Origin: an uncultured Methanosarcinales archaeon
GTDB taxonomy: Archaea > Nanobdellota > Nanobdellia > Woesearchaeales > UBA119
Length of the DNA: 33,820 bases
Direction: 5' to 3'
Assembly: GCA_964580745.1 (NCBI GenBank)
Contig: CAZOKS010000002.1
Location: 1-33,820 of the forward strand
The first letter of the stretch is position 1. Every line of letters starts with the position of its first letter. The notes beneath the pieces were generated by a model that saw nothing but the letters and a program-made list of their open reading frames with translations, searched no databases and had not been told where the DNA came from. The translations under genes and the position numbers were made by a program. Below, in pieces: positions 21,919-30,299 of the stretch.

Positions 21919-23604
21919 ATGATACCCTTTACAATTTTTTTCAAGAACCTCAGAATTCTTTTTAGATCTTGGGGTTCTGCACTAATAGTTCTGATAGCTC
22001 CGCTTCTACTTGTTTTAATAATAGGGGTAAGTTTATCATCGCCAAGTTCGGCTGGTCTGAAGATTGGCTATTCTGGAAATGTTACTGGAGAGCTTAATCA
22101 AAGGATAATTGAAAGTTTAAACTCTACTGAAAATGAATTGGTTTATTTCGCTTCAATCCCCTCTTGCAAGAGAGCCATAGAATTAGGAGTTGTGAGCGCA
22201 TGTATTGATATGTCCCCAAACTTATCTTTAGACCCAAATTCTGAAAATTTCTTGGATTTCTATGTGGATGAATCAAGGATGAATCTTGTTTACCAAATAA
22301 TCAGCTCTCTTACTGCAAATATACACTCTGAGAGTGCTGAGATTACAAAAGAGATTGGCACTAAACTCTTATCAATACTTCAAACCTCTCAAAGATTGGT
22401 GGATGAGAGCATAGCTCAATTGGAATCTTTAAAGCAACAGTTGAAAGAGAATAAAGCCACTGCTTCAAGAATAAGCAGGCAGTTAGACTCCCTGAATATC
22501 CCGGATATGAATCTAGATATATCTCATTTAAATTCAGATGTAAAAACATTAGAGGATTATCTTTATTCTGTTAGAAAAGCTAGCAAAGAAGTGGTGGATA
22601 CTGCTGATGATGTTCTTCCCGGCCAGAATAATTCTGAACTTGATGACTTGGAAGAAGAAATAAACAATTTGGAAGAGGAGTGGAGAAATACAATATCTTA
22701 CTTTACTTATGCCACTTCATTGCACAAAGGGATTAATTCCGCTCAAGGTAAGATAGATAGTGTTGAGAGGCAGATTGAGGGCTTGAAAGAGGACAAAGAG
22801 GAGCTTCACAACCTTATTCGAGACTTAGAAGCTGGCTTAAAGAAAGAGGAAACCATGATTTCTTCGATAGATGAAAAACAATCATCTATCTCTGGTGAAG
22901 TTGAATCCTTTAAAGTCACCAATCCTGAACTTATTGCTACCCCTGTGAAGATGAATATTACATCAGTAAATGCTGATAGGAGAAAACTTGTTTATACTTT
23001 TCCTTATCTTCTTATGCTTGTTGCACTCTTTGTGGGGATGATGCTTCCAAGCACATTGCTGCTTATGGAGAGGAAGTCTAAGGCATTCTTCAGAAATTTT
23101 GTTACCCCTGTAAGATTATCCTTCTTTACCTTTATGACATATATCACATCCATTGTCTTAATTTCTCTGCAGTTGTTGGCAATATTCCTCGTTGCTTACT
23201 TCTATTTAGACCTCTCAGTGATAACCAATCTTGTTCCTACCCTTCTTGTTTTGTTTCTCACGATCACAGTATTCTCTCTTTTGGGCATATTTCTCGGGAA
23301 TATATTTAATACATTTGAAGGCATTACAATGATTTCCATTACACTTGGCTCAGTATTCCTATTTCTTTCTAATCTTGTGCTTTCCCTAGAGAATCTTTCT
23401 CCTCTTGTCCAGCGCATAGCTCATTTCAATCCTTATGTGATAGGCTCCGAAGCCCTTCGACGCTCGTTACTTTTCGGAGATTCTGTTTCTTCAATATTCC
23501 CTTCATTGGCACCCCTCTTTTTTTACATAGGAGGCTTAATTGTTCTTGTCATTCTATCTTTAATTCTTATAAAATCTCGGTACTTCTATCTTGCTCGGGG
23601 TTAA
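21919..23604 (+). CDS. ABC-2 type permease with 1+5 TM topology and a ~310-aa extracellular coiled-coil insert (YhgE/Pip-like architecture)
   Basis: N-terminal TM (ALIVLIAPLLLVLIIGVSL), a helical and heptad-rich stretch at about 22050-22985, then five C-terminal hydrophobic helices. It lies immediately downstream of the ABC ATPase. Confidence 0.85.
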   Translation: MIPFTIFFKNLRILFRSWGSALIVLIAPLLLVLIIGVSLSSPSSAGLKIGYSGNVTGELNQRIIESLNSTENELVYFASIPSCKRAIELGVVSACIDMSPNLSLDPNSENFLDFYVDESRMNLVYQIISSLTANIHSESAEITKEIGTKLLSILQTSQRLVDESIAQLESLKQQLKENKATASRISRQLDSLNIPDMNLDISHLNSDVKTLEDYLYSVRKASKEVVDTADDVLPGQNNSELDDLEEEINNLEEEWRNTISYFTYATSLHKGINSAQGKIDSVERQIEGLKEDKEELHNLIRDLEAGLKKEETMISSIDEKQSSISGEVESFKVTNPELIATPVKMNITSVNADRRKLVYTFPYLLMLVALFVGMMLPSTLLLMERKSKAFFRNFVTPVRLSFFTFMTYITSIVLISLQLLAIFLVAYFYLDLSVITNLVPTLLVLFLTITVFSLLGIFLGNIFNTFEGITMISITLGSVFLFLSNLVLSLENLSPLVQRIAHFNPYVIGSEALRRSLLFGDSVSSIFPSLAPLFFYIGGLIVLVILSLILIKSRYFYLARG

Positions 23605-23697
23605 TTTCCTGACTTTTGATGTTCTCGTATATATCTTCTACTATATGGAGTATTCATTAGTAAGAACAAAACGTATTTTAGTATGTTTTTCCGAAAG

Positions 23698-23706
23698 TTT
23701 TATATA
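23698..23706 (+). promoter_or_regulatory. TATA-like box TTTATATAT upstream of the secreted-protein operon
   Basis: Preceded by a purine-rich CGAAAG (BRE-like). It lies ~115 nt upstream of ATG 23821, and GAGGTGG sits 6 nt before that ATG. Confidence 0.3.
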
Positions 23707-23820
23707 TCAGTATGCTTTTAGGTATACTAACAGTCAGGTTGGAGGATGAGAAGACATCCGTGAAGTTGTTTGAACAGCTTGACTTGGTATCAAAGGTTTG
23801 ATGGTTGAAGAGGTGGAATT

Positions 23821-24582
23821 ATGGAAACAAATAATTGGAAAGTGTTGGTAGTTACAATGCTCTTAGTAGGGGTTTTTTCTGTAGGCTTAGCTCTTGCAGA
23901 GAATGTGCCCCTTGGTGCTGAGAGTGCAAATGTTGTTCGTTCTGAAACATCTAATGCTAGCTTATATACGCCAGATTCGGTGGATGCAATTGCAGGAAAC
24001 CTGACAGAGCTTAATATAACAGGTGTGGCTCAGACAAAATCTTGGCAGGGTTTCTACGGTAATGTTTCTGGTGAAATAATCTTGGCTGATTCCTCCGGAT
24101 ACAGGTTTTATGATTGGTCTGTTGCAGAACCTCAGGGAGAGGTATTTGCTTCGGTAAACGACACAATAACTTGGACAGACATCAACTGTGCTCCAATCAG
24201 CGATGATTCTACCTATCGGACAAATTGGTATAGTTTTTATGGCATGGCGGAAAGCGACTATGATGACATAAATGATACATATAACTTTACAAATCATCCT
24301 GAGTTTTATGTTGGCTTTTCAACTTTGAATAACTGCCAGACAGCTTATACATTTGTGAATAATGTAAGCCAAAGCACGGATTTCCCAGCAGTCCTGCTTG
24401 CAAGTGATTCCAACTCCACTTTGATATTTACTTCTATCCTGGAAGATAAAACAGCAGGTCAAAGACAAGGAATCACAGGCTACGATGGACAGAACTATGA
24501 TTTTCAGGTTTTGGTAGCAGAGAATGGCCAACAAGGTAATAGTCAGGTAACACCTTATTACTTTTGGCTGGAGATAGAGTAA
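23821..24582 (+). CDS. Small Sec-secreted protein (253 aa), stand-alone copy of the unnamed module
   Basis: Signal peptide VLVVTMLLVGVFSVGLALA/E. Body: SWQGFYGNVSGEIILADSSGYRFYDW...GEVFAS...DYDDINDTYNFTNHPEF...DFPAVLLASDSN...YDFQVLVAE...TPYYFWLEIE(stop). Confidence 0.88.
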   Translation: METNNWKVLVVTMLLVGVFSVGLALAENVPLGAESANVVRSETSNASLYTPDSVDAIAGNLTELNITGVAQTKSWQGFYGNVSGEIILADSSGYRFYDWSVAEPQGEVFASVNDTITWTDINCAPISDDSTYRTNWYSFYGMAESDYDDINDTYNFTNHPEFYVGFSTLNNCQTAYTFVNNVSQSTDFPAVLLASDSNSTLIFTSILEDKTAGQRQGITGYDGQNYDFQVLVAENGQQGNSQVTPYYFWLEIE

Positions 24583-24647
24583 ACCCTCTATCTTTTTGTT
24601 TTATTTTTTCATGTGTATATTTATATTGAAGGTCGGTGGTGTATAAA

Positions 24648-25424
24648 ATGAACAACAACTTAAGAAAAACCCAAAATAAGGAAGGGCATTCCATTGTAAA
24701 CAGAAAAGGGTCTTATGTCCTTATTGCGGTAATGTTTGCTTTTATCATAATAAACTCTTTGCTTAGTTATGTTAAGGCTGAACCTGCTGGGATGACTATT
24801 TCAAGCAATGTTACGGAATCCAAACAAACGACTTCGCCAGATAATCGATCTGATGAGGGAGGAACTATAACAACTCTTGGGGTTAATGTACTTCAACAGA
24901 ACCAGTTCTGGAAAGCATATGTAGGAAACATTACCGGTAAATTTATCTTAGAAGATGCCTCTGGCTTCTCAATCTATGAATGGCCTATTCAGTCTGCCGA
25001 CCTTACTGGAGAGGTTTATGCTTCAAGGGAAATGCAGCCAAACTGGACTGCTATAGAATGTTCAAATGACACTGTTCTCGCAAGCGAGGATACATTTATG
25101 GGCTTTAATTCAACTTCAGTTTACAGTATAAATAGAACATTTAATGAATCAGAGCATCCTAAGCTGGAAATAGGTTCAGTAACAATATCTGCTGACCAAT
25201 GTAGGAGCACCAGCACTTATGTGAATGATACCGCTCAAGCCCAGGCTTCTGCAAGCTTCCCGGTGGTGTTGTTGGCTGCTGATACAAATGTGATTTATGC
25301 TTCCCCAATAAACCAAGGAAGCGATAGCTTCCATAATGGAACCAAAGTAGACTTCCAGTTGATGATACCAGATAAGGACCAAGATACAACGACTTATTAC
25401 TTTTTCGCGGAGATTGCTCAATAA
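24648..25424 (+). CDS. Small Sec-secreted protein (about 258 aa), paralogue of 23821-24582
   Basis: The ORF opens at GTG 24636. I prefer ATG 24648, which is 7 nt after GGTGGTG. Signal peptide YVLIAVMFAFIIINSLLSYVKA/E. Body: FWKAYVGNITGKFILEDASGFSIYEW...GEVYAS...SINRTFNESEHPKL...SFPVVLLAADTN...VDFQLMIPD...TTYYFFAEIAQ(stop). Confidence 0.88.
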   Translation: MNNNLRKTQNKEGHSIVNRKGSYVLIAVMFAFIIINSLLSYVKAEPAGMTISSNVTESKQTTSPDNRSDEGGTITTLGVNVLQQNQFWKAYVGNITGKFILEDASGFSIYEWPIQSADLTGEVYASREMQPNWTAIECSNDTVLASEDTFMGFNSTSVYSINRTFNESEHPKLEIGSVTISADQCRSTSTYVNDTAQAQASASFPVVLLAADTNVIYASPINQGSDSFHNGTKVDFQLMIPDKDQDTTTYYFFAEIAQ

Positions 25425-25455
25425 AGGTAATCAAGTCTCATTGAGGTATGTAAAC

Positions 25456-26355
25456 ATGATAACTCGTTTAAAAACAAACAAGCTTTGGCAGATGGGAGTG
25501 ATAGGGTTTCTTTTTTCTCTATTGTTCCTTTTTCCTTCTTTTGTTAATGCTTATAACTACGAACACGTTAATGTTACCTCTACAGTGAATATAACAGATT
25601 CCATGCCTGAGATTTTAAGCATTGACTCTGAGCAAGACATAACTTTAAATGCAGGAGCTAACACTACAATTACCTGCAATGTTACTATTAGAGATTGGAA
25701 TGGATTCAACGATATATCAAGCGTAAATGGTACTTTTTATTATTACCTAAACGAATCCTCAGATCCTGACCATAGAAATGTGCATTATACAAATTCCAGC
25801 TGCGCAGAAATCAGCAATGATGGTGAGTTTCTGGCTAATTATACCTGTTCATTCGCTTTGGCTTATTTTGCCAATAATGGAAGCTGGGAGTGTAATGTAA
25901 CTGCAGAAGATACATTTGGCTTTACTGACTCTGCTAACAATACAACAAGCATAAACGCCCTTTATGCTTTGAACGTAACGGATGTTATTGACTTTGGCGA
26001 TTTGGCTGTTACTGAAACGAGCAGTAATATAACCGTTAACATCACCAACTTCGGCAACATGGACATAAATGTAAGTGTTCTGGGTTATGGTCAGACTGAA
26101 GGAGATGGTATCGGCTTAATATGTGAATATGGCAATAACATCTCCGTGGAAAATGAAAGGTTCTCAGGATATCAAGTGCCTTGGGATAATAAAGTCCCTC
26201 TTGATTCAATAGCCCAAGACATGAATATAACAATCCCTCAGGCAACTGAGGAAAGCAACCCCGAGATTTGGACATCTTATTGGCAGTTATATGTGCCCCC
26301 AAATCCATATGGGGAATGCAACGGTACCATAAGATTCACGGCGACTGCCCCTTAA
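25456..26355 (+). CDS. Secreted two-beta-sandwich protein (about 299 aa), function unknown
   Basis: The ORF opens at TTG 25414. I prefer ATG 25456, 8 nt after GAGGT. Signal peptide GVIGFLFSLLFLFPSFVNA/Y. It contains two Ig-like halves: ITLNAGANTTITCNVTIRDWNGFNDIS and VIDFGDLAVTETSSNITVNITNFGNMDINVSVLG. Confidence 0.8.
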   Translation: MITRLKTNKLWQMGVIGFLFSLLFLFPSFVNAYNYEHVNVTSTVNITDSMPEILSIDSEQDITLNAGANTTITCNVTIRDWNGFNDISSVNGTFYYYLNESSDPDHRNVHYTNSSCAEISNDGEFLANYTCSFALAYFANNGSWECNVTAEDTFGFTDSANNTTSINALYALNVTDVIDFGDLAVTETSSNITVNITNFGNMDINVSVLGYGQTEGDGIGLICEYGNNISVENERFSGYQVPWDNKVPLDSIAQDMNITIPQATEESNPEIWTSYWQLYVPPNPYGECNGTIRFTATAP

Positions 26356-26373
26356 TTAAGAGGTTTTATTAAT

Positions 26374-26384
26374 TCTTTTTTATT
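26374..26384 (+). terminator. Oligo-T tract downstream of the secreted-protein operon
   Basis: TCTTTTTTATT lies ~20 nt after stop 26353-26355. Archaeal terminators are typically T-runs. Support is weak in AT-rich DNA. Confidence 0.25.
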
Positions 26385-26478
26385 AATTTAATAATTACAG
26401 AATTAGTTGGATTTGTCTTATTTTCCTTTTTGGGACTTGAGGATAAGATGTAAACTGAACTAAGAAGAGGTCTTTGAG

Positions 26479-26673
26479 ATGGTTAAAAACAAGCCCATGT
26501 ACTCAAAAAAAGAAGCAGGCTTTGGCCTTATAATAGGAACAGCAATAGGAGCTTCTATAGAGTTCATATCAGGTCGTTTTACTGGCATTATCTCTGCAGC
26601 AGGTGCAGGTTTAGGGCTTTGTATGGGGGCATTGTTAGGATGTCTTAGTGGCAAGAAAGCTAAAAAAAGCTAA
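26479..26673 (+). CDS. Possible glycine-zipper small membrane protein (64 aa)
   Basis: GFGLIIGTAIGASIEF...GIISAAGAGLGLCMGALLGCLSG shows G/A-xxx-G/A repeats, followed by a basic tail KKAKKS. GAGG lies 9 nt upstream of the ATG. The overlapping minus ORF 26460-26654 looks like its antisense shadow. Confidence 0.4.
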   Translation: MVKNKPMYSKKEAGFGLIIGTAIGASIEFISGRFTGIISAAGAGLGLCMGALLGCLSGKKAKKS

Positions 26674-26839
26674 TAAAACAGAAAGTAAGAAATAATTCTT
26701 CTTTAATACATCATGACTGATTTAGTTAATTCTGTGTTTTTGTATTTTAGCAGTTATTAAATTAGTTGATTGTAGTTCTGCTTTCAATGTCTTTAATGCC
26801 AAAGAATATTATCCTGATCAGATTACATTCCAGGCTACT

Positions 26840-29800
26840 TTAAAACCTCTCCTTTACTTTATCTAAGAAAGCAGTCCTGTCTTTGGCTTTGTTGAGTTCT
26901 TGAAAAGAATCTTCCATTCCGAAAACATCCCTCAGCCAAACAGCAAAATCATTCCTCACTCCTGAATTATTATCTTCTCTTACATGCTGGAAAAAGATTT
27001 CATCATTCATTTGTTCAAGCTTATCAATCAACTCTGATATGCTTCTAATTATATCCCCGTTTGCAAGTCTGAATTCCTTTCCTTCAGGGGCTTTAATATC
27101 CCTGTGCTTCATTTCTTCTTCTCTGCTTTTTTCTTCCTGGCTTTCCCTCTTTCTTTCTCCCTTTTCCTTTTCTTTCTTATCTTGAAGCTCTTTCTCTTTC
27201 TTACCTGCAATGCCTTTCTTTACCAAGAGCTTTCTTTTATCCAGTCCAAGCTTGGATTTTCTTTCCTTTTCTTTTCTATATTTGGATTCGTTATTCTCTT
27301 CAATCTGTTTAAGCGCTTTGAGTATATATCTCTTGGTGGTCTCGGCATGTTTTTCAGTATTGATAGCCAGAATCTCCTTGCAAAGCGATTGAATCTTCTT
27401 TGCATGCTCCTTAATCGTCTCACTCTCATTTAACCCAACTTCGTCCTTGTCTTTGAGCTTATCCTTATATTCTGCTAAATATGAATATATGCTGATTATT
27501 GGATGTTCCTCATTTATCTTAATCATTATATCACCCCTATCAAATGTGTGTTTATTTGCCTTTATGTAAGTAGAATAATTTTCTATCATCTTATGATACT
27601 CTTCCTCTTTTTTCCTTTCCCCTTTTTCCTCTTCTAAATCTTTTATCTTTAATTTTCTGTCTGATTCTCTTCTATCATCGCTTTTCTCATACCTTTTTAT
27701 CTTAGAAGTATAACCCTCCTTGCTTACCATAAAAATATAATAAGATAGCAAAGCAGCGGCAATTACCATAGCAACAATCATAGGGATGAATAAAGGATGA
27801 AATCCTTCTTCTTTCTCCCCTTCTTCCTTCGTCTCCTTCATGCTTGCTCCTGTTATTGGATTGTCCTTCTTTGTTATAATCTTCAGCAACTCATTGTTAA
27901 AAACAATGGTCTTGGTCTCTTTAAGTTCAATAGGTTTGATTTCTCCTTCAATATAGTATGCAATTCTTATACTAGTTAGCTTGTTCTTATTCCAGCTATA
28001 GAGATTGTTCTTTACAACCTCTTCTCCATTGCTGAGAAGGGTAAGTCCTTCCATCTTCGCTTCAAGATTTGGAGGCAGCCATTCTAGGATTATGGCTTCT
28101 GAAATTGTTCTTGAAGCACTAATCTCTTTATCAACCATCAAATAATTCCTTGATTCATTTCCAAAAGTACCTATTGTAATCTCAAGTATTTGACTCTTTA
28201 CCGTTATATCATCTTGTGCTTTTTCCACTTGGGAAATTATATCTTCATTTTCCTCAATACCCTTCTCTGAAAGATATTCCCTAAAAACCAAAGAAGTCTT
28301 CTCGTCATTAATTTCCTCTTCGTACTTTTCGGCGTCATCAATAGATATATGCTTAGAACAGCTTGCCCAAGCATTTTCTGCTTCTTCCAAAGCAGCTTTG
28401 GTAACCCTGTCAAACTCATCTTCACTTAGACTCTGGTTTTCAAGCTTCCTCATCTCTTTCCTCAAATCAGATATGCGTTGTTCAGCACCCTTTAGTTTTG
28501 CTATTATGTTGAAATTTTCAAGAACCCTAATCTTATCCTCTTCTTTTATTCGTTGAAATTCCTCAATCTTGCCCTTGATGTCAAGCAACCATTTATCCAT
28601 CTGAGACAGCATCCCATCCAATTCTGTTCTTAGTGTCGGCTTTAACTTTTCTTCTTTCTCGGTTTCTTCCTCTTCTTTTTCTCCTTCCTCTTCCGCCTCT
28701 TCTTTTTGTTCCTCAGGTCGGAATGTTATGAATACCTCCTTTGAAAGTTCTCCTTCATTTCCTGCTTCATCAACAGCACTTACTCTATAATAATATGCCT
28801 TATTGTATTCTACATCCTCATCATAAAAATATGTCTTGCTTGTAGAATCATAGTAATCAATTAATCCAGTTCCTCCGCTTCCTTCCCTTCGATATATCTT
28901 GTATTCATCTATGTCATCCCCGTCTCCATAATTCCACACCAACCTAACTCGAGTTTGCTGGTTCTCTACCCTCAAACTTTCAATCCTCTCAGGCGCTATT
29001 GTATCCACCAAAAAGATTTCTCCTGATTCAATCTCTTTTCCTTCCAGGCCTGTTAAATCTCTACCCTTGAAGTTGAAACTGCCAATCTTTTCAATATCAT
29101 CTTCTCTTATTACCAAATATCCTTCCCAGAATCTTCCTTCTCCTACTAGATACACAGGTTTTGGTGTTTTATCATTGTCAAATACATAGGTTAGCTCAGG
29201 GGCTGAGGAAAGCGGTTCAGAAGCGCTTAATTCTACCTCAACCCTGCCCTCTTTTAATGGAGGTTTAGGATGGAGACTTATGCTTGCACTTGGTGGGAGG
29301 TTAACCTCAAAGTCGACCTTAGATGGCTCTTCCATATAATTCCCACATTCATCAATGCATCTAATAAACATAGAATAAGAACCCTGGCTTAATTCCCCTA
29401 ATCTTGCTTTATATAGAGTTTCATTCTTCTCGACAAAACCAAATCTCATATCCTCGAAGCTTTTATTGGAGAAATCATACTTGCATTCATAAGGAGCATT
29501 AACCTGACTGAAGGATATGTTTATGGTTGTTTCTTTGGAATAAATCTCTTGATTATAATATACCTTTTCTATGGATAGCTCGTCGTTTATCCTATTTACC
29601 GTTATATTAACATCTTTCTTATCAGTTGAGTTATCATCCTTGCCAGTTATCTCAACCACATAGTTTTTCTTGTTTGTTCCTTTTTCACAAAAATCTTCAA
29701 CCAAGAATGTTAGATTAGCATTAGTATTGTTTATTTTGGTTATGTTAGCAAATTCTGAATTCTCGCTGAAACTGACATTGCCACTGACATTATAGGCTTT

Positions 29801-30013
29801 AATACTTATCTCAAGGGTTTCATTCTCTTCAATCTCATAACTGGAATTAGAAACATTTAGTTCTAGCCCTAAACTATAAGATGAGAGAAGGGCTACCAAG
29901 ATAAACCCAAAGCACAAAATCTTCAAATCCTTTGTTACTCTTTCATTCCCGGTTTTATTATTCCATCTCATCTTAGTTTTCAAGTTTATCGATTTTATTC
30001 TTGTTCTCGTCAT
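26840..30013 (-). CDS. Bitopic surface protein (1057 aa): Ig-like and FN3 domains, extracellular coiled coil, TM, K/E-rich cytoplasmic region and conserved tail module
   Basis: Domain order:
- Signal/anchor ILCFGFILVALLSSYSLG.
- FN3-like LRVENQQTRVRLVWNYGDGDDIDEYKIYRRE...YYYRVSAVDEAGNEGELS (about 28728-28998).
- Coiled coil.
- Juxtamembrane TIVFNNELL...ITGA.
- TM FIPMIVAMVIAAALLSYYIFMV (about 27727-27805).
- C-terminal EGKEFRLANGD...ELIDKLEQMNDEIFFQHV....NDFAVWLRDV (about 26843-27097).
An alternative start is ATG 29971 (M15), 1 nt after the RHH stop. Confidence 0.9.
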   Translation of the reverse strand: MTRTRIKSINLKTKMRWNNKTGNERVTKDLKILCFGFILVALLSSYSLGLELNVSNSSYEIEENETLEISIKAYNVSGNVSFSENSEFANITKINNTNANLTFLVEDFCEKGTNKKNYVVEITGKDDNSTDKKDVNITVNRINDELSIEKVYYNQEIYSKETTINISFSQVNAPYECKYDFSNKSFEDMRFGFVEKNETLYKARLGELSQGSYSMFIRCIDECGNYMEEPSKVDFEVNLPPSASISLHPKPPLKEGRVEVELSASEPLSSAPELTYVFDNDKTPKPVYLVGEGRFWEGYLVIREDDIEKIGSFNFKGRDLTGLEGKEIESGEIFLVDTIAPERIESLRVENQQTRVRLVWNYGDGDDIDEYKIYRREGSGGTGLIDYYDSTSKTYFYDEDVEYNKAYYYRVSAVDEAGNEGELSKEVFITFRPEEQKEEAEEEGEKEEEETEKEEKLKPTLRTELDGMLSQMDKWLLDIKGKIEEFQRIKEEDKIRVLENFNIIAKLKGAEQRISDLRKEMRKLENQSLSEDEFDRVTKAALEEAENAWASCSKHISIDDAEKYEEEINDEKTSLVFREYLSEKGIEENEDIISQVEKAQDDITVKSQILEITIGTFGNESRNYLMVDKEISASRTISEAIILEWLPPNLEAKMEGLTLLSNGEEVVKNNLYSWNKNKLTSIRIAYYIEGEIKPIELKETKTIVFNNELLKIITKKDNPITGASMKETKEEGEKEEGFHPLFIPMIVAMVIAAALLSYYIFMVSKEGYTSKIKRYEKSDDRRESDRKLKIKDLEEEKGERKKEEEYHKMIENYSTYIKANKHTFDRGDIMIKINEEHPIISIYSYLAEYKDKLKDKDEVGLNESETIKEHAKKIQSLCKEILAINTEKHAETTKRYILKALKQIEENNESKYRKEKERKSKLGLDKRKLLVKKGIAGKKEKELQDKKEKEKGERKRESQEEKSREEEMKHRDIKAPEGKEFRLANGDIIRSISELIDKLEQMNDEIFFQHVREDNNSGVRNDFAVWLRDVFGMEDSFQELNKAKDRTAFLDKVKERF

Positions 30014-30140
30014 TTTTTAGGGCTTCAAGAATGGCTTTTTCAATATAAGAATTGAGTGTTTCTCCTTTAAGAATTGCAGCAATCTTCGCTCTTTTATGAG
30101 TCTTGTTGTCAATTCTGATGTTCAGTTGTTTTCTTGCCAT
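29973..30140 (-). CDS. Small ribbon-helix-helix DNA-binding protein (55 aa)
   Basis: Below the ORF-track cutoff. Translation: MARKQLNIRIDNKTHKRAKIAAILKGETLNSYIEKAILEALKNDENKNKIDKLEN, stop TAA at 29975-29973. It shows the strand plus two helices of an RHH. It overlaps the first ATG of the 1057-aa ORF by 41 nt. Confidence 0.65.
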   Translation of the reverse strand: MARKQLNIRIDNKTHKRAKIAAILKGETLNSYIEKAILEALKNDENKNKIDKLEN

Positions 30141-30260
30141 CTTTTATGCACGAGAGATTTGTCTAGGTATAGAATCTTATTTTTTTGCTATTTAAATATT
30201 TCTATTCTTTTTTAGTAAAATATTTTGTTATTTTGCTAGCAGTTTGATTAAAACGAAAAT

Positions 30261-30269
30261 TTTATATAA
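30261..30269 (+). promoter_or_regulatory. TATA-like box TTTATATAA upstream of the 593-aa gene
   Basis: Located ~35 nt upstream of ATG 30300. A purine-rich AGAAGGGGG immediately precedes the ATG. Confidence 0.35.
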
Positions 30270-30299
30270 TCTTAAATCGGTTTCAGAGAGAGAAGGGGG

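Noticed and set aside
23641-23750. 34-codon ORF (MEYSLVRTKRILVCFSESFIYQYAFRYTNSQVGG) and possible RNA structure in the spacer before 23821
   Set aside because: It has no ribosome-binding site and no recognisable fold or motif. Only a trivial 5-bp hairpin (TCAAAGGTTTGA) was seen. The region is more simply a promoter plus 5' UTR.
26460-26654. Minus-strand 64-aa ORF overlapping the glycine-zipper ORF
   Set aside because: It is a mirror image of the plus-strand ORF. The plus version has a GAGG ribosome-binding site and a coherent G/A-xxx-G/A membrane pattern with a basic tail. Even the plus ORF is only a moderate call.
26401-26772. Near-identical 13-14-nt direct repeats AATTAGTTGGATT (26401-26413) and AATTAGTTGATTG (26759-26771) flanking the small 64-aa gene, considered as insertion scars
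   Set aside because: The repeats are short, imperfect and AT-rich. No recombinase or terminal inverted repeats are present, so a chance match in AT-rich spacers is as likely.
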